Part shown: positions 1 through 9,645 of the stretch, piece after piece
Numbering within the stretch: position 1 is the first letter of the stretch
Layout: every line of letters begins with the position of its first letter
Assembly (NCBI GenBank): GCA_003228195.2
Contig: QGNO01000006.1
Span: 99 to 64,098 of the forward strand
Source of the DNA: Chloroflexota bacterium
GTDB taxonomy: Bacteria > Chloroflexota > Dehalococcoidia > Lucifugimonadales > QGNO01
Reading direction: 5' to 3'
DNA: 64,000 nt
Notes under the pieces: generated by a model
Seen by the model: only the letters and a program-made list of their open reading frames with translations
Told to the model about the DNA's origin: nothing
Databases searched by the model: none
Program-made: the position numbers and the translations under genes

Positions 1-34
1 AACGCTCAAATCAATAGATTTTGCCACCCCTGAC

Positions 35-64
35 TTGACATCATTGTTGAGATGTTCATATAAT
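35..64 (+). promoter_or_regulatory. sigma70-type promoter candidate
   Basis: TTGACA (35-40), an 18-nt spacer, then TATAAT (59-64). Both hexamers are perfect consensus. It lies 45 nt upstream of the ORF at 109 and the rpmF-fabD-nusB-acpP string. Confidence 0.5.
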
Positions 65-108
65 TTCTAGCCTTGTAGAGGGTTTTTGTATCCGGTCGTG
101 AGTTTTTA

Positions 109-372
109 ATGAAATTTAACGTTGTCACCCTTCTAATGGGGGCCACTGAACTGAACAGTGAGAGCTTATTTGGGAACTTAGTCGATCGGCGTGAAGTAAA
201 TGGCGACACAACCGCCCAAGGCGAAATACTGTTACTCCGTGTCAATCAGGACACATCGATTACAAAGGATTTTGTAGCCTTTTTGCATAAAACAAGTGGG
301 AAATGTTTAGATTTATACCACTACTTTGGGATAAACTCAGACCCATATTCGTTGGTGAAAGTAAAATCTTAG
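109..372 (+). CDS. short DUF177/YceD-like protein (N-terminal half only)
   Basis: 87-aa ORF MKFNVVTLL... The slot directly upstream of rpmF is the conserved position of yceD/DUF177. The sequence resembles only the N-terminal part of that family and the Cys-rich C-terminal half is missing. Confidence 0.35.
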   Translation: MKFNVVTLLMGATELNSESLFGNLVDRREVNGDTTAQGEILLLRVNQDTSITKDFVAFLHKTSGKCLDLYHYFGINSDPYSLVKVKS

Positions 373-399
373 ACATGGGACTTTAGAAGAGAGGATTTT

Positions 400-600
400 A
401 TGGGAGCATTACCGAAAAAGAAACGGACTCAGTCAAGAAAGCGTGCGCGCTGGAGCCATTCGGCTTTAAGTCCAGTTAGTCTATCAATTTGCCCTCAATG
501 TAAAACCGCGAAGCGCTCGCATCGCGTTTGCGGTAACTGCGGCTATTATGCAGGGAGAGAGGTTATTTCTCCCAAGGGAGCTACGTCTAGCGAGGGCTAA
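400..600 (+). CDS. rpmF: 50S ribosomal protein L32
   Basis: N-terminus ALPKKKRTQSRKRARWSH and zinc ribbon CPQC...HRVCGNCGYYAGREV are typical L32. An AGAGAGGA SD lies upstream. Confidence 0.92.
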   Translation: MGALPKKKRTQSRKRARWSHSALSPVSLSICPQCKTAKRSHRVCGNCGYYAGREVISPKGATSSEG

Positions 601-642
601 GGCAATGCCCCAACATAGCTTAGAATTTATCAGGAGCAGATT

Positions 643-1602
643 ATGGCTCTTTCATCGAAACCCCAAAATAAGAATAGTAAGTTAGCGTTCCTGTTTCCAG
701 GGCAAGGCTCACAATCAGTAGGCATGGGACTAGATCTCTATGAGAACTCGCCCGCGGCGAGGGAGATATTCAAGACAACTGACGATGTCTTGGGGCGTCC
801 TCTTTCGAAAATAATGTTCAAGGGACCCTCTGAGGAATTAAACAACACCGTCAACTCCCAGCCCGCCCTCCTCGCCACCAGCTTAGCCAGCTTGGCCGCA
901 ACAAAAGAAAAATTTGCCGGCTTGCTAGATAGAGATGTCGAGTTCATGGCGGGTCATAGTCTAGGCGAATATACCGCTTTGGCTGCCTCGGGCGTCATTG
1001 ATCTTCCGGATGCAGTCTGGCTCGTTCAAGAGCGAGGGCGTCTTATGCAAGAGGCCTGCGATGATAATCCCGGTGCTATGGCGGCAGTGTTAGGGTTAGA
1101 CGAAAGTGTTGTGGAAGAGGTTTGTAGGGAAACTGGCACGCAAATAGCCAACATAAACACCCCAGGGCAAATTGTTATCAGCGGAGAAAAGGATGCAATC
1201 AGAAGCGCCGTCGAGAAATCATCTGAGAAAGGCGCTAAGAAAAGCATCCTTTTAAAAGTTAGCGGGGCTTTCCACTCATACTTGATGGGCTCTGCAATGA
1301 AAGGGATGCAACAAGCTCTAGATTCTGTACAATTTAGAAATCCGGAGACTCCCATTATCGCTAACTGTACAGCGAAACCGATGAGAACCTCTACAGAAAT
1401 CAAAGAAGAATTAGCCCAGCAGCTTTGTGGTTGTGTGCGCTGGGAAGACTCGATCAAATACATGGTCGACTTGGGGGTATCAAAGTTTTACGAGTTTGGG
1501 CCGGGGAAAGTTTTAACAAACATGGTAAAGCGTATTTCCGGTGATGCCCATGCGACTTCCGTTGACGATATGTCGTCAGTACAAGAAATTGCTAAAAGTT
1601 AG
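643..1602 (+). CDS. fabD: malonyl-CoA-ACP transacylase
   Basis: FLFPGQGSQ and active-site GHSLGEY motifs; 319 aa. Confidence 0.93.
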   Translation: MALSSKPQNKNSKLAFLFPGQGSQSVGMGLDLYENSPAAREIFKTTDDVLGRPLSKIMFKGPSEELNNTVNSQPALLATSLASLAATKEKFAGLLDRDVEFMAGHSLGEYTALAASGVIDLPDAVWLVQERGRLMQEACDDNPGAMAAVLGLDESVVEEVCRETGTQIANINTPGQIVISGEKDAIRSAVEKSSEKGAKKSILLKVSGAFHSYLMGSAMKGMQQALDSVQFRNPETPIIANCTAKPMRTSTEIKEELAQQLCGCVRWEDSIKYMVDLGVSKFYEFGPGKVLTNMVKRISGDAHATSVDDMSSVQEIAKS

Positions 1603-1609
1603 ATCAAGC

Positions 1610-2107
1610 GTGATTACATACTCGGAATCCAGTAAGACATCGGTGCGAAATAGCTCCAGAAAGAGAGGCGTTCCCGGTCGTCGCACTGCTCGTAAAGCCC
1701 TTTTACAAGTTCTATATGAGTTGGATACAACTGAACATTCGATCGAGGAGTCCTTCGACTGGGTCATCTCCGAAGCCCGTTTAAACGACGATGGACTAAA
1801 CTTTGTTTGGGAAATTGCAAAAGGTGTGCAATATGCAAGTCAAACCTTAGACAACGAGATAGAGAAATACCTGCCCAGTTGGCCAGTCCATCAATTATCG
1901 GCAGTAGACAGAAACATATTAAGAATAGCAATATATGAGATGAGCTCAAACGGCGGGGTGTCTAACAAAATAGCTATTAACGAGGCCGTTGAGCTAGCGA
2001 AGAAATTTGGAGGCGATAATTCTTATAAATTTGTAAATGGCGTTCTAGGTTCATTTATTTCATCCAAGCTGCAAGAACTAGATACCCTGAATCAAACTGA
2101 CACTTAA
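1610..2107 (+). CDS. nusB: transcription antitermination factor NusB
   Basis: [16 protein letters not shown]... and [14 protein letters not shown]...FVNGVL are NusB-like. The ORF track starts at 1541 inside fabD. An in-frame GTG at 1610, just after the fabD stop, is the more likely start. Confidence 0.8.
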   Translation: MITYSESSKTSVRNSSRKRGVPGRRTARKALLQVLYELDTTEHSIEESFDWVISEARLNDDGLNFVWEIAKGVQYASQTLDNEIEKYLPSWPVHQLSAVDRNILRIAIYEMSSNGGVSNKIAINEAVELAKKFGGDNSYKFVNGVLGSFISSKLQELDTLNQTDT

Positions 2108-2124
2108 ATAAAGGAGACCATACA

Positions 2125-2385
2125 ATGGCATCAATTTTTGACCGCGTTAAAACCCTAGCTGTAGACAAACTCAGCGCAGAAGAAGAATCTGTGACCCTAG
2201 AGGCACATTTTACTAACGACCTCAATGCTGATTCACTTGACCTCGTAGAGCTGATAATGGCCTTTGAAGAAGAATTCTCTCAAGACGGAGATCCCGTTGA
2301 AATCCCTGATGAAGATGCGGAAAAAATCAATACTGTCGGAGAAGCCGTCGAATATCTTCGTGGAAAAGGCATAACTGACAGCTAA
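2125..2385 (+). CDS. acpP: acyl carrier protein
   Basis: Phosphopantetheine attachment motif [19 protein letters not shown]; 86 aa; AAGGAGA SD. Confidence 0.93.
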   Translation: MASIFDRVKTLAVDKLSAEEESVTLEAHFTNDLNADSLDLVELIMAFEEEFSQDGDPVEIPDEDAEKINTVGEAVEYLRGKGITDS

Positions 2386-2529
2386 AATCTCTCTTGCCGC
2401 CATAATGCCATACTTCAATCTTGGTTAATACCTGCACCGCATTCTACCGAACTGGGCATCTTTGCGTGACTAGTTTAAAATTATTGCTAATCTTTGTCTT
2501 ATACAAGTAATAGAGTATACTTTAAGGAT

Positions 2530-3132
2530 ATGCTAGATCTACAGCGGTTGGCCAGTCGAATACATAACTGTTTTGATTGTGATCTGTCTCAATCCCGCAC
2601 CAAAGCCGTTCCTGGAGAAGGTCCAAAAGATGCGGACCTGATGTTAATTGGTGAGGGACCGGGATTCAATGAAGATCAACAATCTCGTCCATTCGTAGGG
2701 GCAGCTGGGCAATACTTAGATGAACTTCTATCCACAATCAATATGAACCGAGAGTCTGTGTTCATCACGAACATGGTGAAATGCCGGCCCCCTAACAATC
2801 GAGATCCACTTCCTGGAGAAATCGAAGCTTGTAACAAATATGTCAACGAACAGATTCAGATAGTCCAACCAAAAGTTATAGTTACCTTAGGCAGGCACTC
2901 TCTTGGAAAGTTTTTACCCGGAGAAACCATCGGCAAGGTTCATGGGAAGCCAACGCAAATCGGCGATTTAATCGTATACCCTATATATCACCCAGCCGCC
3001 GCGTTGAGGCGACATTCATTACGGCTTGTAATTGAGAGTGATTTTCAATTAATACCGTCACTATTGAAAGGCGATATTGAAAAAGAACAAACTGACGATC
3101 ATAAATCTCAGCAGCTCTCCGTGTTTGAGTAG
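2530..3132 (+). CDS. uracil-DNA glycosylase, family 4
   Basis: CxxCxL...VPGEGP...LIGEGPG..ED....PFVGAAGQ.LD motif set. ATG at 2530 gives the usual N-terminus; the track start at 2494 is a TTG. Confidence 0.85.
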   Translation: MLDLQRLASRIHNCFDCDLSQSRTKAVPGEGPKDADLMLIGEGPGFNEDQQSRPFVGAAGQYLDELLSTINMNRESVFITNMVKCRPPNNRDPLPGEIEACNKYVNEQIQIVQPKVIVTLGRHSLGKFLPGETIGKVHGKPTQIGDLIVYPIYHPAAALRRHSLRLVIESDFQLIPSLLKGDIEKEQTDDHKSQQLSVFE

Positions 3133-3140
3133 GAACCATC

Positions 3141-4802
3141 ATGGGTAAACAAACCCTTAAAGTAATTCCTCTCGGCGGCTTGGGCGAAATTGGCAAAAAC
3201 ATGATGGCCCTAGAGTCGGGAAGAGACATCATAATAATTGATTCGGGAGTGCTATTTCCCCAAGAAACCATGCCTGGAGTAGACCTGGTCATTCCAGACA
3301 TATCCTATCTGATAGAAAACAAAGGCCGTATACGTGGAATCTTTATTACTCACGGCCACGAAGATCACACCGGGGCGCTGCCCTATGTTCTCCAAAAACT
3401 ACAGGTCCCTGTCTATGCTTCACGCCTTGCAGTTGGATTAATCAAGCTAAAGCTGAAAGATCATAAGCTGTCCTATGATCCAAAACTGGTTGAAATTAAA
3501 TCAGGCGAGCAAATTAAATCAGGCCTTTTCAAAGTGACTTTCTTCCCGGTTTCCCACAGCATTCCAGATGCAATGGGACTAGCAATAAGTACTCCGCTTG
3601 GGTTGGTAATACATACCGGCGATTTTAAAATAGACCTCACCCCTGCCACTGGCAATCCTACCAATCTAGGGCAACTTGCGGAAATATGCAGGAATGGTAC
3701 TTTTCTACTCTTATCAGACTCCACTTATGCAAACGTCCCTGGATACACACCCTCTGAAAACGTTGTAAGCAAAGAAATGGCCGAGCTGATTGGAAAGGCC
3801 AACGGCAGAGTATTGATAGCCACCTTTGCTTCCCTCTTAGCTAGAATTCAACAGATAGTCGACACCTCACACAAATATGGCAAAAAGCTCAGCGTGGTTG
3901 GTCGCAGTATGGTAAACAATGTGAACCTGGCCATAGATTTAGGATACATAAGCGACCCTGGAGAGGTTTTCGTGCCGGTCAAAGAATTGAGGAAATATCC
4001 TCCGGAAAAGTCCGTAATACTGATGACTGGTAGCCAAGGAGAGCCAACTTCTGCATTAACTCGAATTGCTAATCGTGCCCATCATGATATAGAAATTACT
4101 CCTGGCGACACTGTTGTGGTCTCATCCAGCCCAATACCTGGTAATGAGTTACCGGTTAGCCGCGTTATAGACAACTTGTTTAGACAAGGAGCGTACGTCT
4201 TATACGACAAGACATCAACTGTTCACGTCCATGGACACGCCAGCCAAGAAGAACTAAAGCTCGTACTAAACATAACTCGACCAAAATTCTTTGTGCCTGT
4301 TCATGGAGAATTCAGACACCTAGTGGCTCACCGAGAACTAGCTATTGCAATGGGCGTACAACAAGATAAAGTCTTTATCCTAGAAAATGGCGATTTATTG
4401 GAGCTTTCCAATGACAAAGGTTGGCTTGGGAATTCGGTTCCCGCTGGAAATGTATACGTCGATGGCAACCTGCTTTGGGCACACGACAGCAATGTTCTTA
4501 AAGAGAGAACGATGTTATCAAGAGATGGCATAGTAATTGTTAGCGTCTCCATTAATAAGCATAATGGGGCTGTAATGAGTCGCCCTCGTCTAGCATCTGT
4601 AGGATTTATTGAGCGAAGCAACTCTCCGGAACTGCTTGAACGGGCCGCAGATGCCGTACTCCTTGACCTTAAGTCAATCTCAAAAAATAACCCTCTTAGC
4701 TCGGGTGATATTGAAAGCAAAATTAACAAGTCGATTGGCGCGTTTCTTTTTCAGGAAACGAGATTGCGCCCGCAAATAATCTCGTTTCCGGTTCTAACCT
4801 AG
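3141..4802 (+). CDS. rnj: ribonuclease J
   Basis: Metallo-beta-lactamase HGHEDHTGALPY motif, beta-CASP region and C-terminal domain; 553 aa. Confidence 0.9.
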   Translation: MGKQTLKVIPLGGLGEIGKNMMALESGRDIIIIDSGVLFPQETMPGVDLVIPDISYLIENKGRIRGIFITHGHEDHTGALPYVLQKLQVPVYASRLAVGLIKLKLKDHKLSYDPKLVEIKSGEQIKSGLFKVTFFPVSHSIPDAMGLAISTPLGLVIHTGDFKIDLTPATGNPTNLGQLAEICRNGTFLLLSDSTYANVPGYTPSENVVSKEMAELIGKANGRVLIATFASLLARIQQIVDTSHKYGKKLSVVGRSMVNNVNLAIDLGYISDPGEVFVPVKELRKYPPEKSVILMTGSQGEPTSALTRIANRAHHDIEITPGDTVVVSSSPIPGNELPVSRVIDNLFRQGAYVLYDKTSTVHVHGHASQEELKLVLNITRPKFFVPVHGEFRHLVAHRELAIAMGVQQDKVFILENGDLLELSNDKGWLGNSVPAGNVYVDGNLLWAHDSNVLKERTMLSRDGIVIVSVSINKHNGAVMSRPRLASVGFIERSNSPELLERAADAVLLDLKSISKNNPLSSGDIESKINKSIGAFLFQETRLRPQIISFPVLT

Positions 4803-4819
4803 GAGGAATCCTCGGGCAA

Positions 4820-7171
4820 ATGAATATGCTGGGGAAACAAGAATCCGAAAACGGTCGACCAATGTGGAAACGCACATTGATCTTACTGCTTACCAATCCA
4901 TTCAGCAGGATTTTGCTCTTTGTATTGGCGACTATTGGATCATGGCAATTTGTAGGGGACTACACAATGAAGGAACTTTATCCTGTAGCCCAAGGTGAAA
5001 TTCTGAAGAGTGTAGGTCTGGGATTTTATGGCTTGTCATTTTTCACTATCATCTTATTAATAGCACTGAGATTTGCCCCTAGATACATCTTGCTTAAGTG
5101 GCGCTCTTGGCTTGCTGTGATCATGATGATCACAGCAAGCCAAGCTGTTTTGGGGTCAGTCCGTAGCGAAAAAGGAATTACCTCTGTAACCACTTACGGC
5201 GGAGCCATTGCAATGAAGTTGTGGCCAGAGCCAATAATCGGCACCGCTTTAGTCTTAAGCCTTTGTTTCGTTTCAGTAATTCTTGTGTGGCCAGCGCAAT
5301 CATACAAGATTTTGAAAGCCTTCTTATTGGCTTCAGCTCGACAAGTTCCTAAGGCTACATTCGCTTCTCTGAGATTACTCGGGCAGTCAATTAAGGGCAT
5401 ATTGAAGTTGGCTTTTTCCTTCATGTCGTTCGTTTTGCAGCAGCTGAAACCCGCTACTCATCAACTTCCAACAGACCATCAAGCCAAGCGGCAAGGCGAC
5501 GTCCATATGTCTACGGGTCCCGAACATGCCACTATAGCTCCTGGCAACTACCCTTTTGCTGACCAACAACAATTAGAATTGCCGATAGAGAATATCGATA
5601 CTTTAAAGAACGTACGTCTAGAGTCGCATAACAAACCGGCTCCTCAAACCTTGAACCCTCCTAGTAGATGGCTCCCTCCCGGTACTGAATTCCTTGATTA
5701 TGGCGCTCCCGTATCTATTGCCGACTACGAAACGGACGAGGTGGCGAGGAGGATAGAAGAAACCCTTGCTGATCACGGAGTTGAGGTGATCGTAAATCAA
5801 GTCAAGCCTGGCCCGACGGTTACGCTCTACGGCCTTACCCCTGGATGGATACGCCGCTTTAAACAGGTAGTGGAAAAGGACGAGCGCGGTGAAATTGTAA
5901 GAAACGAAGCCGGAAAAGCCATCATGAACCGAACAGAAGAGCAAACCCGGGTAAAGGTCGATTCAATCGTTGCTCGCGAAAAAGATCTTGCTTTAGCACT
6001 AGCCGCACCTAGCTTACGTATACAAGCACCTGTTCCTGGAGAATCCATAGTTGGCATAGAAGTTCCGAATCGTGAAGCAGTTCTGGTAGCGCTTCGCAAC
6101 GTCTTAGAATCCGAAGTGTTCGCTTCGCTAAAAGACAATGGCGGCCTTGCCCTTGGACTAGGTCAAGGCTCCGGTGGCGATCCAATAGTTGCTGATCTTC
6201 GGAACTTACCTCATCTTCTTATAGCCGGCGCGACAGGCAGCGGAAAAAGCATTTGCATCAACACCCTCATAGTCTCTTTAGCTTCCCAGGTATCTCCGGA
6301 ACGATTACGAATGCTTCTTATAGACCCAAAGCGAGTAGAGCTTACTCCTTACAACGGGCTACCCCATCTAATAGCGCCTGTCATCGTAGATACTGAACCC
6401 GCAGTTCGTGCACTCAAAGGAATTATGGCCGAAATGTTCCGTCGTTACCGTCGATTAGAGGAACTAGGCGTTAGAAACATCGAAGGATATCATCGACACA
6501 GAAACGCCCTAGAGTCCATGCCCCACCTAGTTGTAGCAATCGACGAACTAGCCGACCTTATGATGGCTGCCTCTTACGAAGTTGAACAGACCCTCACTAG
6601 ACTCGCACAATTAGGACGAGCCGCCGGAATTCATCTTCTCGTAGCAACTCAAAGACCCTCAGTAGATGTTGTTACCGGGCTCATCAAAGCCAATTTTCCT
6701 TCTCGAATCGGCTTCGCCGTAGCTTCACAAGTAGATTCTCGAACGATTCTCGACGCAGCAGGTGCCGAACGTTTACTGGGTAGGGGCGATATGCTGTTCC
6801 TTTCCGGGGAAACTCCTAAGCCCCTAAGAGTGCAGGGAGCCTATGTTTCAGATGGTGAAATCGAGAATCTCATCGATTTCTGGAAAAGTCAAAACGGCCC
6901 ACCGTTGCCCGAATTTAACCTGGAACCCGAGGCAAGCTCTGACATTAATTCAAATTCTGGTAGTTCTGGCCAAAGCTCCGGAGACGACATGATGGGAAAA
7001 GCGCTGGAACTGACCACTCGTTATTCACACCTGTCTACATCGTTATTACAGAGGCGTCTGAGAATAGGGTATCCTAGAGCGGCTAGGTTAATGGATCAAT
7101 TGGAGGACGACGGTATAGTTGCCACTGGAGATTCTGGAAAATCACGTGAAGTGATTAGAAAACCTGAGTAA
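4820..7171 (+). CDS. ftsK: DNA translocase FtsK/SpoIIIE
   Basis: N-terminal TM segments, Walker A GATGSGKS, the VVAIDELADLM motif, and a C-terminal winged-helix gamma domain (LLQRRLRIGYPRAARLMDQLE). Confidence 0.93.
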   Translation: MNMLGKQESENGRPMWKRTLILLLTNPFSRILLFVLATIGSWQFVGDYTMKELYPVAQGEILKSVGLGFYGLSFFTIILLIALRFAPRYILLKWRSWLAVIMMITASQAVLGSVRSEKGITSVTTYGGAIAMKLWPEPIIGTALVLSLCFVSVILVWPAQSYKILKAFLLASARQVPKATFASLRLLGQSIKGILKLAFSFMSFVLQQLKPATHQLPTDHQAKRQGDVHMSTGPEHATIAPGNYPFADQQQLELPIENIDTLKNVRLESHNKPAPQTLNPPSRWLPPGTEFLDYGAPVSIADYETDEVARRIEETLADHGVEVIVNQVKPGPTVTLYGLTPGWIRRFKQVVEKDERGEIVRNEAGKAIMNRTEEQTRVKVDSIVAREKDLALALAAPSLRIQAPVPGESIVGIEVPNREAVLVALRNVLESEVFASLKDNGGLALGLGQGSGGDPIVADLRNLPHLLIAGATGSGKSICINTLIVSLASQVSPERLRMLLIDPKRVELTPYNGLPHLIAPVIVDTEPAVRALKGIMAEMFRRYRRLEELGVRNIEGYHRHRNALESMPHLVVAIDELADLMMAASYEVEQTLTRLAQLGRAAGIHLLVATQRPSVDVVTGLIKANFPSRIGFAVASQVDSRTILDAAGAERLLGRGDMLFLSGETPKPLRVQGAYVSDGEIENLIDFWKSQNGPPLPEFNLEPEASSDINSNSGSSGQSSGDDMMGKALELTTRYSHLSTSLLQRRLRIGYPRAARLMDQLEDDGIVATGDSGKSREVIRKPE

Positions 7172-7196
7172 TCTGATTGATAACTATAATGTGTTG

Positions 7197-7216
7197 ATTA
7201 CGGCCGTGGCCGTAAT
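7197..7216 (+). terminator. GC-rich hairpin after ftsK (possible terminator, no U-tract)
   Basis: ATTACGGCC-GT-GGCCGTAAT perfect inverted repeat, 26 nt after the ftsK stop. It is not followed by a T-run. Confidence 0.3.
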
Positions 7217-7273
7217 TAACGGTGGGGGCGACATGAATATCCTTAGTTCCAAAACCGATAAACGAGACCCGAC

Positions 7274-7804
7274 TTGTTGAAAACTGCTCTTGAAAAAATT
7301 CTGTCTCTACAACCAAGGTGGAGTAATAAAAACACCCCAGAAATGAAGGAGCGCGGCAGATTAATCAGAGAAGCAATCCAGCCGGGAATGGAAAACCTCA
7401 CAGGTAACATAGATTGGGTAGTAGAAGGGGACTTCTTGGTAGAAGCCAGTGACGGCATTGGCAATAAGGCTAGAGTGCCCTGGGTAAGAATATACAACCC
7501 TTTCAGGTCGCCCAAAACCACTCAAGGATGATATTTAGTATATCTTTTCGCTTTTGACGGATCATCCGTATTCTTATCTCTGAATCAAGGTACTCAAGAT
7601 TGGGAACACGGACAGCTGATAAGCAAACAAGATCAGCCGTTTTCCCGCGATGCGGATAAGGTCCGAGCCTGGATTCCGATAAGTGATTCGAAAGTAGACC
7701 TTAAAGTTCCAGCAAAAAGCCTTGGAGTAGACTATGAGAAGGGCAATGTCTACGCTATCGAATATAACAGCGGGCAGATACCAGATGACAAAAAATGGGG
7801 CTGA
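7274..7804 (+). pseudogene. DUF3578 / McrB N-terminal DNA-binding domain remnant with an in-frame TGA
   Basis: The frame reads ...GIGNKARVPWVRIYNPF...TTQG-TGA(7529-7531)-YLVYLFAFDGSSVFLSLNQGTQ...YEKGNVYAIEY..., matching the hallmark GxGN...PW / YVVYLF...LSLNQG motifs of the McrB-N (DUF3578) domain. No AAA+/GTPase module follows. Confidence 0.6.
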
Positions 7805-7871
7805 CTAATGCAGATTTTTCAACCAGTGTAATACCACGTATCTCAGCAGATTGTCGTAAAACGAGAGTGCT

Positions 7872-8696
7872 TTAAGGCGTTGCTGGCAATTTAGCAACAA
7901 CAAGATCCGTCAACCGCTCATATTCCTGTTTAACTTTATTGCTCTCTAGAATTGTCGGCTTATCACTATTCATATAGTCTGGTAATAGTTCGTGTCTCCC
8001 CAAGAAGTCTAGTCCCATCTCTTTGGCCAACTCTTCCCCGGCACCCTCGCCGAATACACCACCAGAAAAGTTTTCCAGGACTCCTAAAACGTTGACGTTC
8101 ATCTTTTTGATCATATTTATAGATCTTTTGGCGTCCAACTTCGCAAGTGATTGAGGAGTAGCCACCACTACAAATCCATCTAGCTGGAGAACCTGCATGA
8201 TAGTCAACGGAGCATCAGATGTGCCTGGGGGCAGATCAACTACCAAATAATCGATGTCACCCCAATCCGTATTTTGTAAGAACTGGTTTAGTGCATTGTG
8301 AATCATCGGGCCACGCCAAATAATGGCTTCTTCTTCATTCTCTTGGAAGAACGACATGGACATCACTTTCACACCATAAGCTTCGCCTGGTATGAATTGC
8401 CCATCCTTCTCCATCCTCGCCGCCTCAGTTGCCCCGATGGCCTTTGCCGCATTAGGGCAATCTATATCAGCATCTAGGAGACCAACACTGTACCCTCTAC
8501 TACTAAGTGCCGCGGCCATGTTCACCGCAACTGTGGTCTTACCTACACCACCTTTGCCGCTGTACACACCTATCTTGACTTTAACACGGCTAAGCCTGTC
8601 ACCTATCTGCCGACGTTGTTGCCAGGCACGTTTGATAGATTCCAGACGAGCCGTTTCTTGAGGGCTCATCTTACGCTCTTCTGGCTTCTGAGTCAT
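7872..8696 (-). CDS. Mrp/NBP35 (ApbC) family Fe-S cluster carrier ATPase
   Basis: Deviant Walker A SGKGGVGKTT, DxDxxCPN and CPxC-less Mrp-like body. The start is set at MTQKPEE (8696), just after the upstream DUF59 gene ends; the track ORF extends to 8753. Confidence 0.85.
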   Translation of the reverse strand: MTQKPEERKMSPQETARLESIKRAWQQRRQIGDRLSRVKVKIGVYSGKGGVGKTTVAVNMAAALSSRGYSVGLLDADIDCPNAAKAIGATEAARMEKDGQFIPGEAYGVKVMSMSFFQENEEEAIIWRGPMIHNALNQFLQNTDWGDIDYLVVDLPPGTSDAPLTIMQVLQLDGFVVVATPQSLAKLDAKRSINMIKKMNVNVLGVLENFSGGVFGEGAGEELAKEMGLDFLGRHELLPDYMNSDKPTILESNKVKQEYERLTDLVVAKLPATP

Positions 8697-8701
8697 ATCT
8701 G

Positions 8702-9007
8702 CTATATACCTAACAGCGCCTTGCCGTCTTCCGTCAGCATGTCGGGGGACCACGGTGGGTCAAACACAACTTCAACCGTCACTTCCTCCAAATCTTCTAT
8801 CTCAGAGATAGCCCATTCTGCCTGTTGAGCTATATAAGGCCCCATTCCACATCCAGGGGCCGTCAAAGTCATCTTTACGTGAACCTCGTTATTCTCTTTG
8901 ACGTCGACTCCATAAATCAGCCCGAGATCTACTACATTAACTGGTATCTCAGGATCGTAAACGTCTTTAAGCTTCTCCAACACTGCTTCTTTTGTCACAA
9001 TTGCCAT
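8702..9007 (-). CDS. DUF59 (SufT/PaaD-like) Fe-S assembly protein
   Basis: 101 aa with VYDPEIPVNVVDLGLIY...MTLTAPGCGMG, typical of DUF59. It is adjacent to the Mrp gene. Confidence 0.85.
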   Translation of the reverse strand: MAIVTKEAVLEKLKDVYDPEIPVNVVDLGLIYGVDVKENNEVHVKMTLTAPGCGMGPYIAQQAEWAISEIEDLEEVTVEVVFDPPWSPDMLTEDGKALLGI

Positions 9008-9089
9008 GTTCCCCTCCCAATTCTCTTGAAAGACTATATCTTGTCCTCCAGATTCTATCTAAAACTCGATATTTCAGTCAATCACTGCT

Positions 9090-9353
9090 TCACTCCCGTT
9101 GAATCTCTAACCTAGGATCCCTTGATTCTCCTAATTCCGCCAACCCTAAACTAGATTCCTTTATTACAGATCTGCCTGCCAGCCCTCCCAATGGCCAGTC
9201 AAAAACGACCTGCCAAAGTGCATCTTTTGATCGCCTACTGCTGTCCTTAGGATCCTCTCCTCGACCCGCTATAAGGCCAGTCCTTCCAAAGAAAAGGGAC
9301 TTCGAGTCTATAACCTTAACCCTATTACCTGTACTCACTTCATTACGGCTCAT
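9090..9353 (-). CDS. hypothetical small protein
   Basis: 87-aa ORF from ATG MSRNEVSTGNRVKVID... with GGAG 9 nt upstream. No family recognised. Confidence 0.3.
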   Translation of the reverse strand: MSRNEVSTGNRVKVIDSKSLFFGRTGLIAGRGEDPKDSSRRSKDALWQVVFDWPLGGLAGRSVIKESSLGLAELGESRDPRLEIQRE

Positions 9354-9645
9354 TTCAATGCTCCAGCAAACCCTATAATCCTTGCCCAACAATTCACATT
9401 ATTATTGCGCAATTATCTTACCAGATTTTAGTCTCATAGTTATCTCGCCGGCAACTAGTTATACCCGTTCCCTTTCTAGCTATTTCCATAGGCATCGTAT
9501 GGCTTTGAATTTGCTTTCGTGTTAAACTTACCGAGCCTTAAACAATGCAGGGCAGGCTCTACAATTGTCCGTTCAGTGATGGATTCTAGAGAACGGCTTC
9601 GAATTGTATAAGCATTGATAGGCGGGTAAACGAAGAGGATCTATT

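Noticed and set aside
7529-7531. In-frame TGA in the DUF3578 frame as evidence of stop-codon reassignment (TGA = Trp/Gly) or selenocysteine.
   Set aside because: TGA clearly terminates well-conserved genes in this window, such as sucA at 12445-12447 and glnA at 31909-31911. No SECIS-like context is apparent. A nonsense mutation is the simpler explanation.
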